Shown here: piece after piece, positions 18,081 through 26,952 of the stretch
Numbering within the stretch: the first letter of the stretch is position 1
How the letters are laid out: every line of letters begins with the position of its first letter
Source: Methanomassiliicoccales archaeon
GTDB lineage: Archaea > Thermoplasmatota > Thermoplasmata > Methanomassiliicoccales > UBA472
Assembly: GCA_026394395.1 (NCBI GenBank)
Contig: JAPKYK010000002.1
Coordinates: 183,653 to 247,652, forward strand
Direction of reading: 5' to 3'
Length of the DNA: 64,000 nucleotides
Made by a program: the position numbers and the translations under genes
The notes under the pieces: model-generated
What the model was told of the DNA's origin: nothing
The model's database searches: none
The model's input: only the letters and a program-made list of their open reading frames with translations

Positions 18081-18593
18081 GTGAGGAGAATCATGTGGCG
18101 CTCTCTCTCCAAGCATTTCGGCAAGTACCCTTCCCAAGCCAAGGTGGCCAAGCTTCTCCTGCAGTACGGTCTCAAGGTGCAGGAGGCCCGGGTGTATTGC
18201 GGGGACATCGAGATAGCCGACATGGCCATCGGGCGGGCGGCGGGCGTCGACCGGCGCATCGTGCGCTCGGCCATCGAGACCATCGAGGGGAGCAACGAGC
18301 TGCGGACCTTGTTCTGCCGTTTGGAACCGACCGCCCTGCTCTGCAACGTGGCCCCGGTCATGGGCTGGACCGCCCTCGAGATATTTCCCACCGACGCCAA
18401 GACCTGCGGCATCATCGCCGAGGTGGCCGGGGTCATCGCCCGGGCCGGGATATCGTTGCGGCAGGTGGTGGTCAGCGATCCCGACCTATCCCCAGAGCCC
18501 AGTCTTTACATCATCACCGAGGGTGTGGTGCCTCCGGAACTGATACCCCAGATCCGTGCCTGCAAGGGCGTGCGCTCCGTCGTCCTGCATTGA
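18081..18593 (+). CDS. ACT-domain regulatory protein with N-terminal HTH-like segment (COG2150-type amino-acid metabolism regulator)
   Basis: 170 aa. The C-terminal half (LEIFPTDAKTCGIIAEVAGVIARAGISLRQVVV) is ACT-like. It is divergent from the aro operon. An alternative start is ATG 18093, preceded by GTGAGGAG, with TTTTTATAT at 18061-18069. Confidence 0.65.
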   Translation: MRRIMWRSLSKHFGKYPSQAKVAKLLLQYGLKVQEARVYCGDIEIADMAIGRAAGVDRRIVRSAIETIEGSNELRTLFCRLEPTALLCNVAPVMGWTALEIFPTDAKTCGIIAEVAGVIARAGISLRQVVVSDPDLSPEPSLYIITEGVVPPELIPQIRACKGVRSVVLH

Positions 18594-18597
18594 TACC

Positions 18598-19467
18598 ATG
18601 AGCCAGGAGCGATGGGCCTACCCGGCACTGTTCGTGGCCATATTGGCCGTGTCCTTCGCCTCCATATTCATCCGCTGGAGCGACGCCGACCCTCTGATCA
18701 TCGCCGGCTACCGCATGCTCTTCGCCTCGCTCATACTGGCGCCCTTCGCCTTCCGTGAACGACGAAACGCGGAGAGGATGCCGCGCAAGACCTCACTGCT
18801 GGTGCTCATCACCGGGGTTGTTTTGGCCGTCCACTTCTTCACCTTCATCTCCTCGCTTAACTACACTTCCGTCGCCGCCAGCACCCTGCTGGTAAATTGC
18901 CACCCGCTTATAGTCGGTGCCGTTTCGGTGCTGCTGCTCAAAGAATCCTCGAAAAGGACCGTGCTGGGCGTGATCATCGGTTTCGCCGGGGTGGCCTTCA
19001 TCGCCCTGTCCGGCCTCGGTTCCGAAGGGGCCTACGGCAACACGCTGGCCCTGGTCGGTGGGGTCATGGCCGCGATATACATTCTTGCCGGCAGGGTGCT
19101 CCGGCGCTCCCTGGGCATATTCACCTACGCCTTCCTGGTGTACCTGACGGCCAGCGTGGTGCTGCTTTCCTCCGCCTTGATCACGGGCGTCCCTCTGTGG
19201 CCATACTCCGGCGAGGAGCTGCTCATCTTCATGGCCCTGGCCGTGGTCTGCACCATCTTCGGCCACACCGTCTACAACTGGTCGCTGAAGTACCTGTCCG
19301 CCCCGGTCATCAGCACCTCCTTGCTGGGAGAGCCGATACTGGCCAGCCTGATGGCCTTCCTGCTGCTGGCCGAGGCCCCGGGTTGGACGGTGATATTGGC
19401 CGCCCCGCTGGTGCTATTGGGGGTGCTGCTCACCGCTTCGGACCGTCCGGTCAAAGAGAGCGGATAA
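18598..19467 (+). CDS. EamA/DMT-family permease
   Basis: Start at ATG 18598 (MSQERWAYPALFVAILAVSFASIFIRW). About 10 hydrophobic helices in two EamA-like halves. Confidence 0.8.
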   Translation: MSQERWAYPALFVAILAVSFASIFIRWSDADPLIIAGYRMLFASLILAPFAFRERRNAERMPRKTSLLVLITGVVLAVHFFTFISSLNYTSVAASTLLVNCHPLIVGAVSVLLLKESSKRTVLGVIIGFAGVAFIALSGLGSEGAYGNTLALVGGVMAAIYILAGRVLRRSLGIFTYAFLVYLTASVVLLSSALITGVPLWPYSGEELLIFMALAVVCTIFGHTVYNWSLKYLSAPVISTSLLGEPILASLMAFLLLAEAPGWTVILAAPLVLLGVLLTASDRPVKESG

Positions 19468-19491
19468 AAAAGGAAAGGGAAAGGGTTTGGC

Positions 19492-22400
19492 CTACTTCTT
19501 GCGGAGGACCAGCACGATAGCCACGACGGCCACCAGCAAGCCTACGACACCTAACGCCACCGCTATCAGGGGCAGAGGTCCGGGCGAAGCTACGCCGGTG
19601 ATGACCGCCAGCGGGACGCCGGAGACCGGCGCATCGGGCAGCGGTCCCTCGCCGGCTGCGTTCACCGCTGTCACCCAGTAGTCGTACTCCGCACCCGGTT
19701 CGACCGAACCGTCCACGAAGGTGTCCGTGCCGGCGGGAACGGTGGCTATGAGCTGCCTATCGCCTCCCTCCCCGCGCCGGTAGATATTGTAACCGGTGAC
19801 GGCCGAGCTGCCCTGGTCGTCAGGGACGGACCAGGTCAGGGTGAGGCGGCCTTGTCCCTCCTCCACCTCCACGTTCACCTCTCCGGGGACGGCCAGGGCC
19901 ACCAGGGAGGCGCTGAGCACCCTGGAAGGTTCGCCCTCTCCCCACTGGTTGAGGGCGGAGACGCAGTAATAGTACGTGGTGCCGTAGACCGCCGCACCGT
20001 CCACGTAGGTGGTGGATCCAGCGGGAACGGACACCAGGAGCTGCAACGCCAGGGGGCTGGTCCCGCGGTACACGTTGTAGCCGGTGATCGGTCCGTCACC
20101 CGTATCGCTCGGGACGCTCCAGAGCAATGTTACGCTGGAATTGCCACCGGTGGCCGAGATCAGGTACGGTGCGGCGGGCGCATCGGTATTGGGCGAGGGT
20201 TGCTGATTGGTGCGCAGCACCATGGTGTTTGACGGCGCTCCCTCCCCGAAGGCGTTGAGGGCGGTCACCATGTAAGTGTAGTTCACACCGGCAAGCACGC
20301 TGGTGTCCACGTATGCGTTCCCAGTCAGGGAGGCCAGCAGCACGGTGGTCCCGATGCCCGGCGTGCGGTAGAGGCGGTAACCGATGATCGACGAGCCGCC
20401 GTTGGCCGGGACCGACCATCCCAGGGTGATGCGGTCCACCGCGGTCTGGGCGTTCAGCGTGGCCGCCCCGGGCACCGTTCCCGGCGTGGCGTCCACCGTG
20501 GCGTTCTCTCCGTTCGCCGTGCCGATGAAGCAATACACCCGGTAGGTGTACGTCACTCCGTTCACAAGTCCGACGTCAGTATAGGACGAGCCGTTCTGAG
20601 CGCTCAGGAAGGTGAAGTTCCCGCCGTCGCTCCGGAACACCCGGAAGCCGTTCACATGGAAGGATACCATGGGGTCCCAAGTTAGGGTCACCGTCCCGTT
20701 GCCGACCGTGGCCAGCAGGTAGGACGGGGCCGGAAGACCGGTAACGACCACCTCGTCAGGCGTCACGTTCACGCGAGCGGATTCCGGACCGGCCCCCCAG
20801 GCGTTCAAGGCCACCACCCAGTAGGTGTGCGGCAGGCCGCTGACCACGTTATGATCGGTGTAGGTCATGATATTGACCATAGCTTGCAACGTCACAGTAC
20901 CGTCCAGGTCGCGATACACCCGGTAGCCGAGCACGGCCGAGCCGCCGTCGTCCGCCGGGGCCTCCCAGTCCAGGGTGACGATGCCCGCTCCTTCGGTCAG
21001 GGTGAGATTCTGTACCGCGCCCGGGACACTTCCCGGGGTGGCCAGGACCGTCGTGGAGTTACCGCTCTCCCCTCCGTCGTTGTAAGCTGTCAGCCGGTAG
21101 GAGCAAGGAACTCCGTTAAGCACCGTCCCATCTGAATATCCCACCCCAGCCACCGTGTCCAGCAGCGCGTATCCGCTTCCGTTGTCCCGATAGACACGGT
21201 AACCTACGGCTCCGTTCGAAGCGGTCCAGCTAAGGGTCACCAGGGAATCACCTGCTATGGCCGTCAAACCCTGCGGCGCTTCCGGCGGAAGGACGATGCC
21301 GAGCGTGGCCTGGTAGGGGGCGCTCATTTCGCTCACGCCATACTGGTTGGAGGAACGCAGGGCGTAGAACATGTCGGCCGTTCCGGCCAGGTCCAGGTAC
21401 TCGAGCACGTCTCCATCGATTATGGCGATGAGCATCAGGGAGTCCGACGCGGCTCCCCGGTAGATCAGGAACTGGTCCGGAACGGTGGAGCTCTCTGGCA
21501 CATGCCAGACGATCAGCACGCCGTCATCCTCCTGCACCGCGGAATCTATGACCGGGGCCTCCGGGGAAGTCAAGGGAAGGGTGAGGATCGCCGCGTTGGA
21601 CGGGGATCCCTCTCCGTTGAGGGTGACCGCGCTGACCCGATAGCGATATTCAATTCCGGGGGTAGCGGTGGCGTCAAGATAGCTCAGCGAACCAGCGCTA
21701 ACCGAGCCCAGGTAAATGAACCCGGAGCCGCCGTCGCGGTAGACCTTATAACCTACTATGTCCGTTCCGCCGTCATCCGCCGGAGCGGTCCAGTTGAGGC
21801 GGACGTTCCCGCCGTCATTGGTCGCCGTCAAACCGGTAGGGGCCAAGGGCAAGCCCGGTACGGCCCCGGTCTCTTTTGAGATCGAGCCTTCGCCAGCCTT
21901 GTTCACCGCGCTCACGCGGTAGTAGTAGATCATGCCGTTGATCACAGTCGAATCGACATAGCTCCGTACTGTGCTGTTTCCCAGCAGCGCCCAACCGTTC
22001 TCCAGGTCCATACGGTAGATGTTGTAGGAAGTAGGGGCGTCTCCGCCATCGTCCGATGGCAGCTGCCACGAAAGGCTTACGCTGGAATTCCCCGGCACGG
22101 CCACAAGACCTTCAGGTGCTCCGGGCAGGGTGGCCGGAGTGTCATAGATGATGGTGGACCAGTCCCCCTCCCCGGCGATGTTCACCGCGTAGACGCGGAA
22201 TCCATACTCCACACCATTAGCCAGGCTGATAATAAGGGCGTTGCGGACGGCCGGTCCGAAATAATAATAGCCGCTCCCGCCGGAATGGCTGACCTCCACA
22301 ACGTAACCGGTCACGAGCGTCCCGCCATCGCTGGAGGGGGCGTTCCAACTGACCGTCACGTTGTGGTTGCCGAACTGGGTGTCGACGTTCAGCGGTGCGG

Positions 22401-25400
22401 AGGGCGCGTCGAAGGTGGTATTGCCCACGGTAGCCGACGCCGCTCCTGGCCCGGCCTGGTTGATGGCCCTGACCGCATAATAATAGGTCTCGCCGTTCCC
22501 GAACGGACCATCGAAGTAGATGGTTTCTATCCCCAGGGTGTTGCCCAGGAAGGCCAAGCTCGACGGGTTCGTTCCCCGGTATATTGCGTAACCGGTGATC
22601 TCCGCCCCGCCATGGTCCGTCGGCGCGGTCCAGCTCAGTTCCAGGGAACCGATACCGCGGCTAACGGATAGACCGGTCGGTGCTCCCGGCGTGTTGCAGG
22701 GAGTTACGGATAACGGCAGGCACATGCTACCGATCTCCGCTCCGCGATATGCGGCCACGCGATAGTAATATGTGGTGCCCATTGTCAATCCAGTGTTGTT
22801 GAAATGGCGAGCGGTCGTCGTTCCGATGGACGCAAAGGGCCCACCTGCATCCAGGCTGCGATAAATTACATATCCGTCGACCCCGGATGTGAAGTCATAA
22901 ATGACCTCGTCCCAGCTGAGCAGGGCCCAACTGTTGCCCACCTGAGCCTGCAGCGATGTCGGGACACCGAACGCATGCGCCAAGGGCGCATAGTCCAGAT
23001 ATTCCTCCTCACCCAAGCCGTAAGGCTGGTCCACAATGCCGTCATAATCGACGTCCGGAGAGGTCCATTCGGCCCAATAATTCCCATATCCTCCGGACGA
23101 CCACTGGCAGCTCAGATATTTGTCAAAGGCCTGGATCGTTCCTGTGGAATACGTGCCATCGTTCCCGTTGTTGCCGCGGAACATGTTCAGCGTGAAGGTA
23201 GCGGAGATGCTCTGGTCAATATATACGCCGTAACCGAGGTTGTCACCGAAGATGTTGCCTCTGACGGTCAGACCGCTGATGCCCGAACCCAGCTGCATCC
23301 CGTGCATTCCGTTGCCAGATACGTTGTTGCCCTCGATCAATCCAATGCTGATCGATTGCAGGTACATCCCATTGTAACTTCCGTCAATAACGGTGTTGTT
23401 CAACAACTGGATGAATGATCCAGCAGATACACTGATGCACGTGGTAAATCCACTCAGTGAATTCCCTTCGACTATGACCGAGTAACCTTGGTAGATGTTC
23501 AAACCAACCGAATTGCCGTTGCCATCCACTGTGTTGTTACGCACCTGGACATTGTTGGCGTTGTTGAAATATCCGAATAATTCGATGTCCGTACCCACAT
23601 TCGCCTCGACGGTGACCGTCGCCACAACGCTCAGGTCGATAAAACGTCCTCCGATGGCAGTGTTCTCACTGACCTCCAGGTCCTCGCCTTCGAACGCGTA
23701 GACGCCGGTCAAACAGTTCAGGAAGCTGCTACCACGAATGGTGACGTCATTGAACGAAAAGAGGCCTATTCCAGTATTGCATCCATCGAAGGTGGAGTTG
23801 GCCACCAGGATCCCGAATCCGTATTGAGCGAGCACCGCATAGTTCGATGGTCCGCTGAATGTACACTGCTCCACGATGAATTGACTTAGTTCAGAATTTA
23901 TTCCATTCAACATCTCCCCGGCGAAGGTGCATTCGAAGAATTGGCCGTTGACGACGTCCAGAAGACCGATGCCGTTACCAGACATGCCTAGGGTGCCGAA
24001 GTAAAAGGTGCAGTTGCGCACGACGAAATGCACCGTAGTGTGCCAGATTTCGATGCAATCCTCCCATCCAGACCCGTCGATGATGAGGTCCTCGATGACG
24101 TAGGGACTTCCCACACTGCCGTCCCCTACCCATCCTTTCAGGTCGGCCATGTCCGCGAACTCCTGGTCGCTATGTATGATTAACGGACCGGAATTGGCCA
24201 GGGGGTAGAGGGTGTAGTTGACCTCCATGATATTGGAAAGCTCACTAACGAAATCGTAATTGTTTACTGCCGCCACCGCGAAGTAATAGATGTTACCGTT
24301 GACCAGCTCGTAATTGACCTGATAGAACAGCTCACCGTAGGTGTTGCCGATGAATTCCAGGGAGCCCGGGGACAGCCCCATGTACACATAGTAATACACG
24401 ACCGTGGCATTCCCGCCGTGAACCGGTTCAGTCCAGTTCAGATCTATGTAGCAAGAGGAAAGGACCCCCACCAATCCAGTGGGTGCGGCCGGGGCTTCTA
24501 TCTTGGGGCCATAAGGCAGCTGGTATTGGTAGTGGAGGTATGACCCGCCGATCCAGACCGAGTCATCCACATAACTATCCTCGTTGAGGTCCACGTTGGG
24601 CAGGTTGCTCCAGCCGTTGCCCCAATTGCGGTCGCCTGCCCAGACGAACCAATCGTCTAATGTGCCCTGGTCATAGCACTGGTATGAATTGGGATCTATG
24701 AACGAGATCCCATTGTTGTTCAGGAAGGTGTTGTTGTAGATCCACCAACTATTGCAGGTGATTCCCAGGTAGATACCGTAATCCAGATTGTTAGCGAAGT
24801 GATTGCCGAACACATCAGCCCAATGACCACCGTAGGCGTGTAGCCCGTCCGCGGAGTTGTTCTCAATGAAACAATCCTTAACCGTGATCGGTTGCTCGTG
24901 ATTAATATCCAAATTGACGCTTATGCCATACACGTTCCAAGAGAAGGTGGAGTTGGAGACAAAGGTATACATGGCGTTGCTGATCTGCAGCCCGTACGCC
25001 CCGCAGTGGGAAGCGCTCACATTCTCGATGTTCCCACCCTCGTTCCCCACGGAGACGCCCACATTACAGTAGTCGAAAGAGCCTCCATGCACCATGCATC
25101 CCTGGCTGTCGCCTAAATCGATTCCGACCCCACAATGCGTGGCTGTGTTGTTGCCAGCGTAGGAGAGCATGGATTCACTAAAGAATATCCCGGCGTTGCT
25201 TCCGTAGGAGCAATCGTTATCTTCGACCACTACATTGCCTATGGCGCTCACAACGATGCCCGTATCACAGTTCACGCAGAAATTATAGCGGACGGTCACA
25301 TTGGAATAGGAACCGCCGCTCTCCACTGATATGCCTCGCACCATGCTCCAGTTGGCATAGTTCCCCTCGATCGTGGCGTCGTAGGAATTCTGTAAAACGA

Positions 25401-26859
25401 TCCCGTAATGATTGGATTCCAGGTCATTCCCATAAACATGCAGGTCATGAGAGAGCGAGACCAGCAGTCCGGTCTCGAGTCCGCCCTCGATGGTATTGTC
25501 GAATACCGCAGCTCCATGGATCGTATCAAGATTGATGCCGATCGAACCGATGGTGGCCAGATAGTTACCCGAGATCAAAATGTTACTACTGCTGTACACA
25601 GCGATGCCTGTGTTGGCTAGGCCCGTGATGGTATTGTTGACGATCTGGCAGTTCGAGCTCAAGGTTAGGAATACGGGCTTGTTGAACTCCCCGGTCTCAA
25701 AATCGATGACGTTATCTTCCACCCGCATGTCCTGGCATTGGTATAGATTGAACCCCTCGCTACCAAATGATGGTGTCACGGTGAGATCATTGTCAAGGAC
25801 GGTCACGTCGATGCAGTTCATAAAAGAGATACCGAAGGGGGCGCTGGCAACGGTGTTGTTTTGCACGCGGCCATTTTGTATAGTCAGGCGCATGTTGAAG
25901 TCCGAGGTATTGGTGCAGATGTTGCTATCCACGGTGACGTTCTCCGCATCGTCAAGGAAGATCGCGTAGACCGTATCGTTTATCCGGTTGTGACCGATAT
26001 GGACCTGGTCACTGGTGAATAGGGCGATGCCCTGGGCATGGGTCCCCACGAGGTCGTAAATATTATTCTGGATATCAATGTAGGTCACTTGTTGCCCATA
26101 AATGCCGTAGCTATAATCCCCAAAATTGGTGAACGTTGAATTTGTGATGGTGACTTCCGAAACATGATCAACGTTAATTCCCTGGCCGGCCTGTCGGTCC
26201 AAAGTGACGTTGTCCATGATAACGTAACGACTGGAATCGGTAATCGCAATGCCATAGATGCATCCAACGATAGCCGTATCGTTAATGGCTACATATTGCG
26301 AGTTCTTTACAAGAATTCCATAGGTTGGTGTCGTCCCTATTATATTCTTGAAGTTATAGTCGGTAATCACCCAGTATGAATATTCTATTGAGATTCCTAT
26401 GGTGGAGATGGAATTGATATCATTATTGAGCAGGGTGCAATTGTCGGATTGAGAAGCGACTATGCCGTAATCACAATCAGAGAATGCGCTCTCGTTCACG
26501 GTGACGCTCGAACAGTTCTGAAGATAGACCCCGTAGCCTCGCAGGGTCTCACTGACATATTGACAGTTGTGAATGGTGCAGTTTTCGATGTTCACGTAGC
26601 GCGTGGTGTCCTTCAGCCATATGCCATATCCTTCACCGGTACAGGTGATGTTGTAATCAGCGAAGACGTACGGACTTCCTTCCGTACCGTCGCCGGTGCA
26701 ATAACCGTCGACCTTGGCCTGGTCCAAGGCGGTGTCGCCTTCGAAGTGCAGCGGACCGCTGTCCCTCGCCGAAGCGTTCCCGGAGAACAGCATAACAGCG
26801 ATCAATAGCAATCCCAAGAATACGAATATGCCCAATGCTAAAGCTCTGCCCCGTGACAT
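19492..26859 (-). CDS. Giant cell-surface protein: signal/anchor, two parallel beta-helix (PbH1) modules, ~14 fibronectin type III domains, C-terminal TM anchor
   Basis: 2455-aa uninterrupted ORF. The N-terminus MSRGRALALGIFVFLGLLLIAVMLFSGNASA is signal-like. Repetitive N/G/I-rich ~22-aa beta-helix rungs are present. Repeated AP.AP..L...G...V.L.W..P..DGG..I.GY.VYR Fn3 units follow. The C-terminal end is PLPLIAVALGVVGLLVAVVAIVLVLRKK. Confidence 0.9.
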   Translation of the reverse strand: MSRGRALALGIFVFLGLLLIAVMLFSGNASARDSGPLHFEGDTALDQAKVDGYCTGDGTEGSPYVFADYNITCTGEGYGIWLKDTTRYVNIENCTIHNCQYVSETLRGYGVYLQNCSSVTVNESAFSDCDYGIVASQSDNCTLLNNDINSISTIGISIEYSYWVITDYNFKNIIGTTPTYGILVKNSQYVAINDTAIVGCIYGIAITDSSRYVIMDNVTLDRQAGQGINVDHVSEVTITNSTFTNFGDYSYGIYGQQVTYIDIQNNIYDLVGTHAQGIALFTSDQVHIGHNRINDTVYAIFLDDAENVTVDSNICTNTSDFNMRLTIQNGRVQNNTVASAPFGISFMNCIDVTVLDNDLTVTPSFGSEGFNLYQCQDMRVEDNVIDFETGEFNKPVFLTLSSNCQIVNNTITGLANTGIAVYSSSNILISGNYLATIGSIGINLDTIHGAAVFDNTIEGGLETGLLVSLSHDLHVYGNDLESNHYGIVLQNSYDATIEGNYANWSMVRGISVESGGSYSNVTVRYNFCVNCDTGIVVSAIGNVVVEDNDCSYGSNAGIFFSESMLSYAGNNTATHCGVGIDLGDSQGCMVHGGSFDYCNVGVSVGNEGGNIENVSASHCGAYGLQISNAMYTFVSNSTFSWNVYGISVNLDINHEQPITVKDCFIENNSADGLHAYGGHWADVFGNHFANNLDYGIYLGITCNSWWIYNNTFLNNNGISFIDPNSYQCYDQGTLDDWFVWAGDRNWGNGWSNLPNVDLNEDSYVDDSVWIGGSYLHYQYQLPYGPKIEAPAAPTGLVGVLSSCYIDLNWTEPVHGGNATVVYYYVYMGLSPGSLEFIGNTYGELFYQVNYELVNGNIYYFAVAAVNNYDFVSELSNIMEVNYTLYPLANSGPLIIHSDQEFADMADLKGWVGDGSVGSPYVIEDLIIDGSGWEDCIEIWHTTVHFVVRNCTFYFGTLGMSGNGIGLLDVVNGQFFECTFAGEMLNGINSELSQFIVEQCTFSGPSNYAVLAQYGFGILVANSTFDGCNTGIGLFSFNDVTIRGSSFLNCLTGVYAFEGEDLEVSENTAIGGRFIDLSVVATVTVEANVGTDIELFGYFNNANNVQVRNNTVDGNGNSVGLNIYQGYSVIVEGNSLSGFTTCISVSAGSFIQLLNNTVIDGSYNGMYLQSISIGLIEGNNVSGNGMHGMQLGSGISGLTVRGNIFGDNLGYGVYIDQSISATFTLNMFRGNNGNDGTYSTGTIQAFDKYLSCQWSSGGYGNYWAEWTSPDVDYDGIVDQPYGLGEEEYLDYAPLAHAFGVPTSLQAQVGNSWALLSWDEVIYDFTSGVDGYVIYRSLDAGGPFASIGTTTARHFNNTGLTMGTTYYYRVAAYRGAEIGSMCLPLSVTPCNTPGAPTGLSVSRGIGSLELSWTAPTDHGGAEITGYAIYRGTNPSSLAFLGNTLGIETIYFDGPFGNGETYYYAVRAINQAGPGAASATVGNTTFDAPSAPLNVDTQFGNHNVTVSWNAPSSDGGTLVTGYVVEVSHSGGSGYYYFGPAVRNALIISLANGVEYGFRVYAVNIAGEGDWSTIIYDTPATLPGAPEGLVAVPGNSSVSLSWQLPSDDGGDAPTSYNIYRMDLENGWALLGNSTVRSYVDSTVINGMIYYYRVSAVNKAGEGSISKETGAVPGLPLAPTGLTATNDGGNVRLNWTAPADDGGTDIVGYKVYRDGGSGFIYLGSVSAGSLSYLDATATPGIEYRYRVSAVTLNGEGSPSNAAILTLPLTSPEAPVIDSAVQEDDGVLIVWHVPESSTVPDQFLIYRGAASDSLMLIAIIDGDVLEYLDLAGTADMFYALRSSNQYGVSEMSAPYQATLGIVLPPEAPQGLTAIAGDSLVTLSWTASNGAVGYRVYRDNGSGYALLDTVAGVGYSDGTVLNGVPCSYRLTAYNDGGESGNSTTVLATPGSVPGAVQNLTLTEGAGIVTLDWEAPADDGGSAVLGYRVYRDLDGTVTLQAMVNIMTYTDHNVVSGLPHTYWVVALNAWGAGPESARVNVTPDEVVVTGLPAPSYLLATVGNGTVTLTWDPMVSFHVNGFRVFRSDGGNFTFLSAQNGSSYTDVGLVNGVTYTYRVYCFIGTANGENATVDATPGTVPGAATLNAQTAVDRITLGWSVPANGGSSIIGYRLYRTPGIGTTVLLASLTGNAYVDTSVLAGVNYTYMVTALNAFGEGAPSNTMVLRTNQQPSPNTDAPAAPYLISATGGNSSVTLLWSVPSDTGDGPITGYNVYRGTSPLALQLLVSVPAGSTTYVDGAAVYGTTYYYCVSALNQWGEGEPSRVLSASLVALAVPGEVNVEVEEGQGRLTLTWSVPDDQGSSAVTGYNIYRRGEGGDRQLIATVPAGTDTFVDGSVEPGAEYDYWVTAVNAAGEGPLPDAPVSGVPLAVITGVASPGPLPLIAVALGVVGLLVAVVAIVLVLRKK

Positions 26860-26952
26860 CTGAGAATCCCCCCGAATTCTATGACCAAGACCATGCAGTT
26901 GGGGGAGATATCTATTTTATCCAGATTTTCTTAGGATTCCTTATCGGAAGTA

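Noticed and set aside
18053-18436. A 127-aa minus-strand ORF lies opposite the ACT-domain regulator gene.
   Set aside because: It is antisense to an ORF with a recognisable ACT-like domain and a good start context. Its product is Ser/Ala/Arg/Met-rich with no domain signature.
19492-19600. The C-terminus of the giant surface protein might be a PGF-CTERM/archaeosortase A signal.
   Set aside because: The sequence has SPGPLPL followed by a TM helix and RKK, but lacks the PGF (or PEF/PIP) tripeptide. No archaeosortase gene is in the window. It was therefore kept only as a generic C-terminal anchor.
19700-23000. The ~13 repeated Fn3-coding units might be a DNA tandem repeat or CRISPR-like array.
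   Set aside because: The repeats are ~270-290 nt protein-domain units, strongly diverged at nucleotide level and lying inside one continuous ORF. There are no short direct repeats with unique spacers anywhere in the window.
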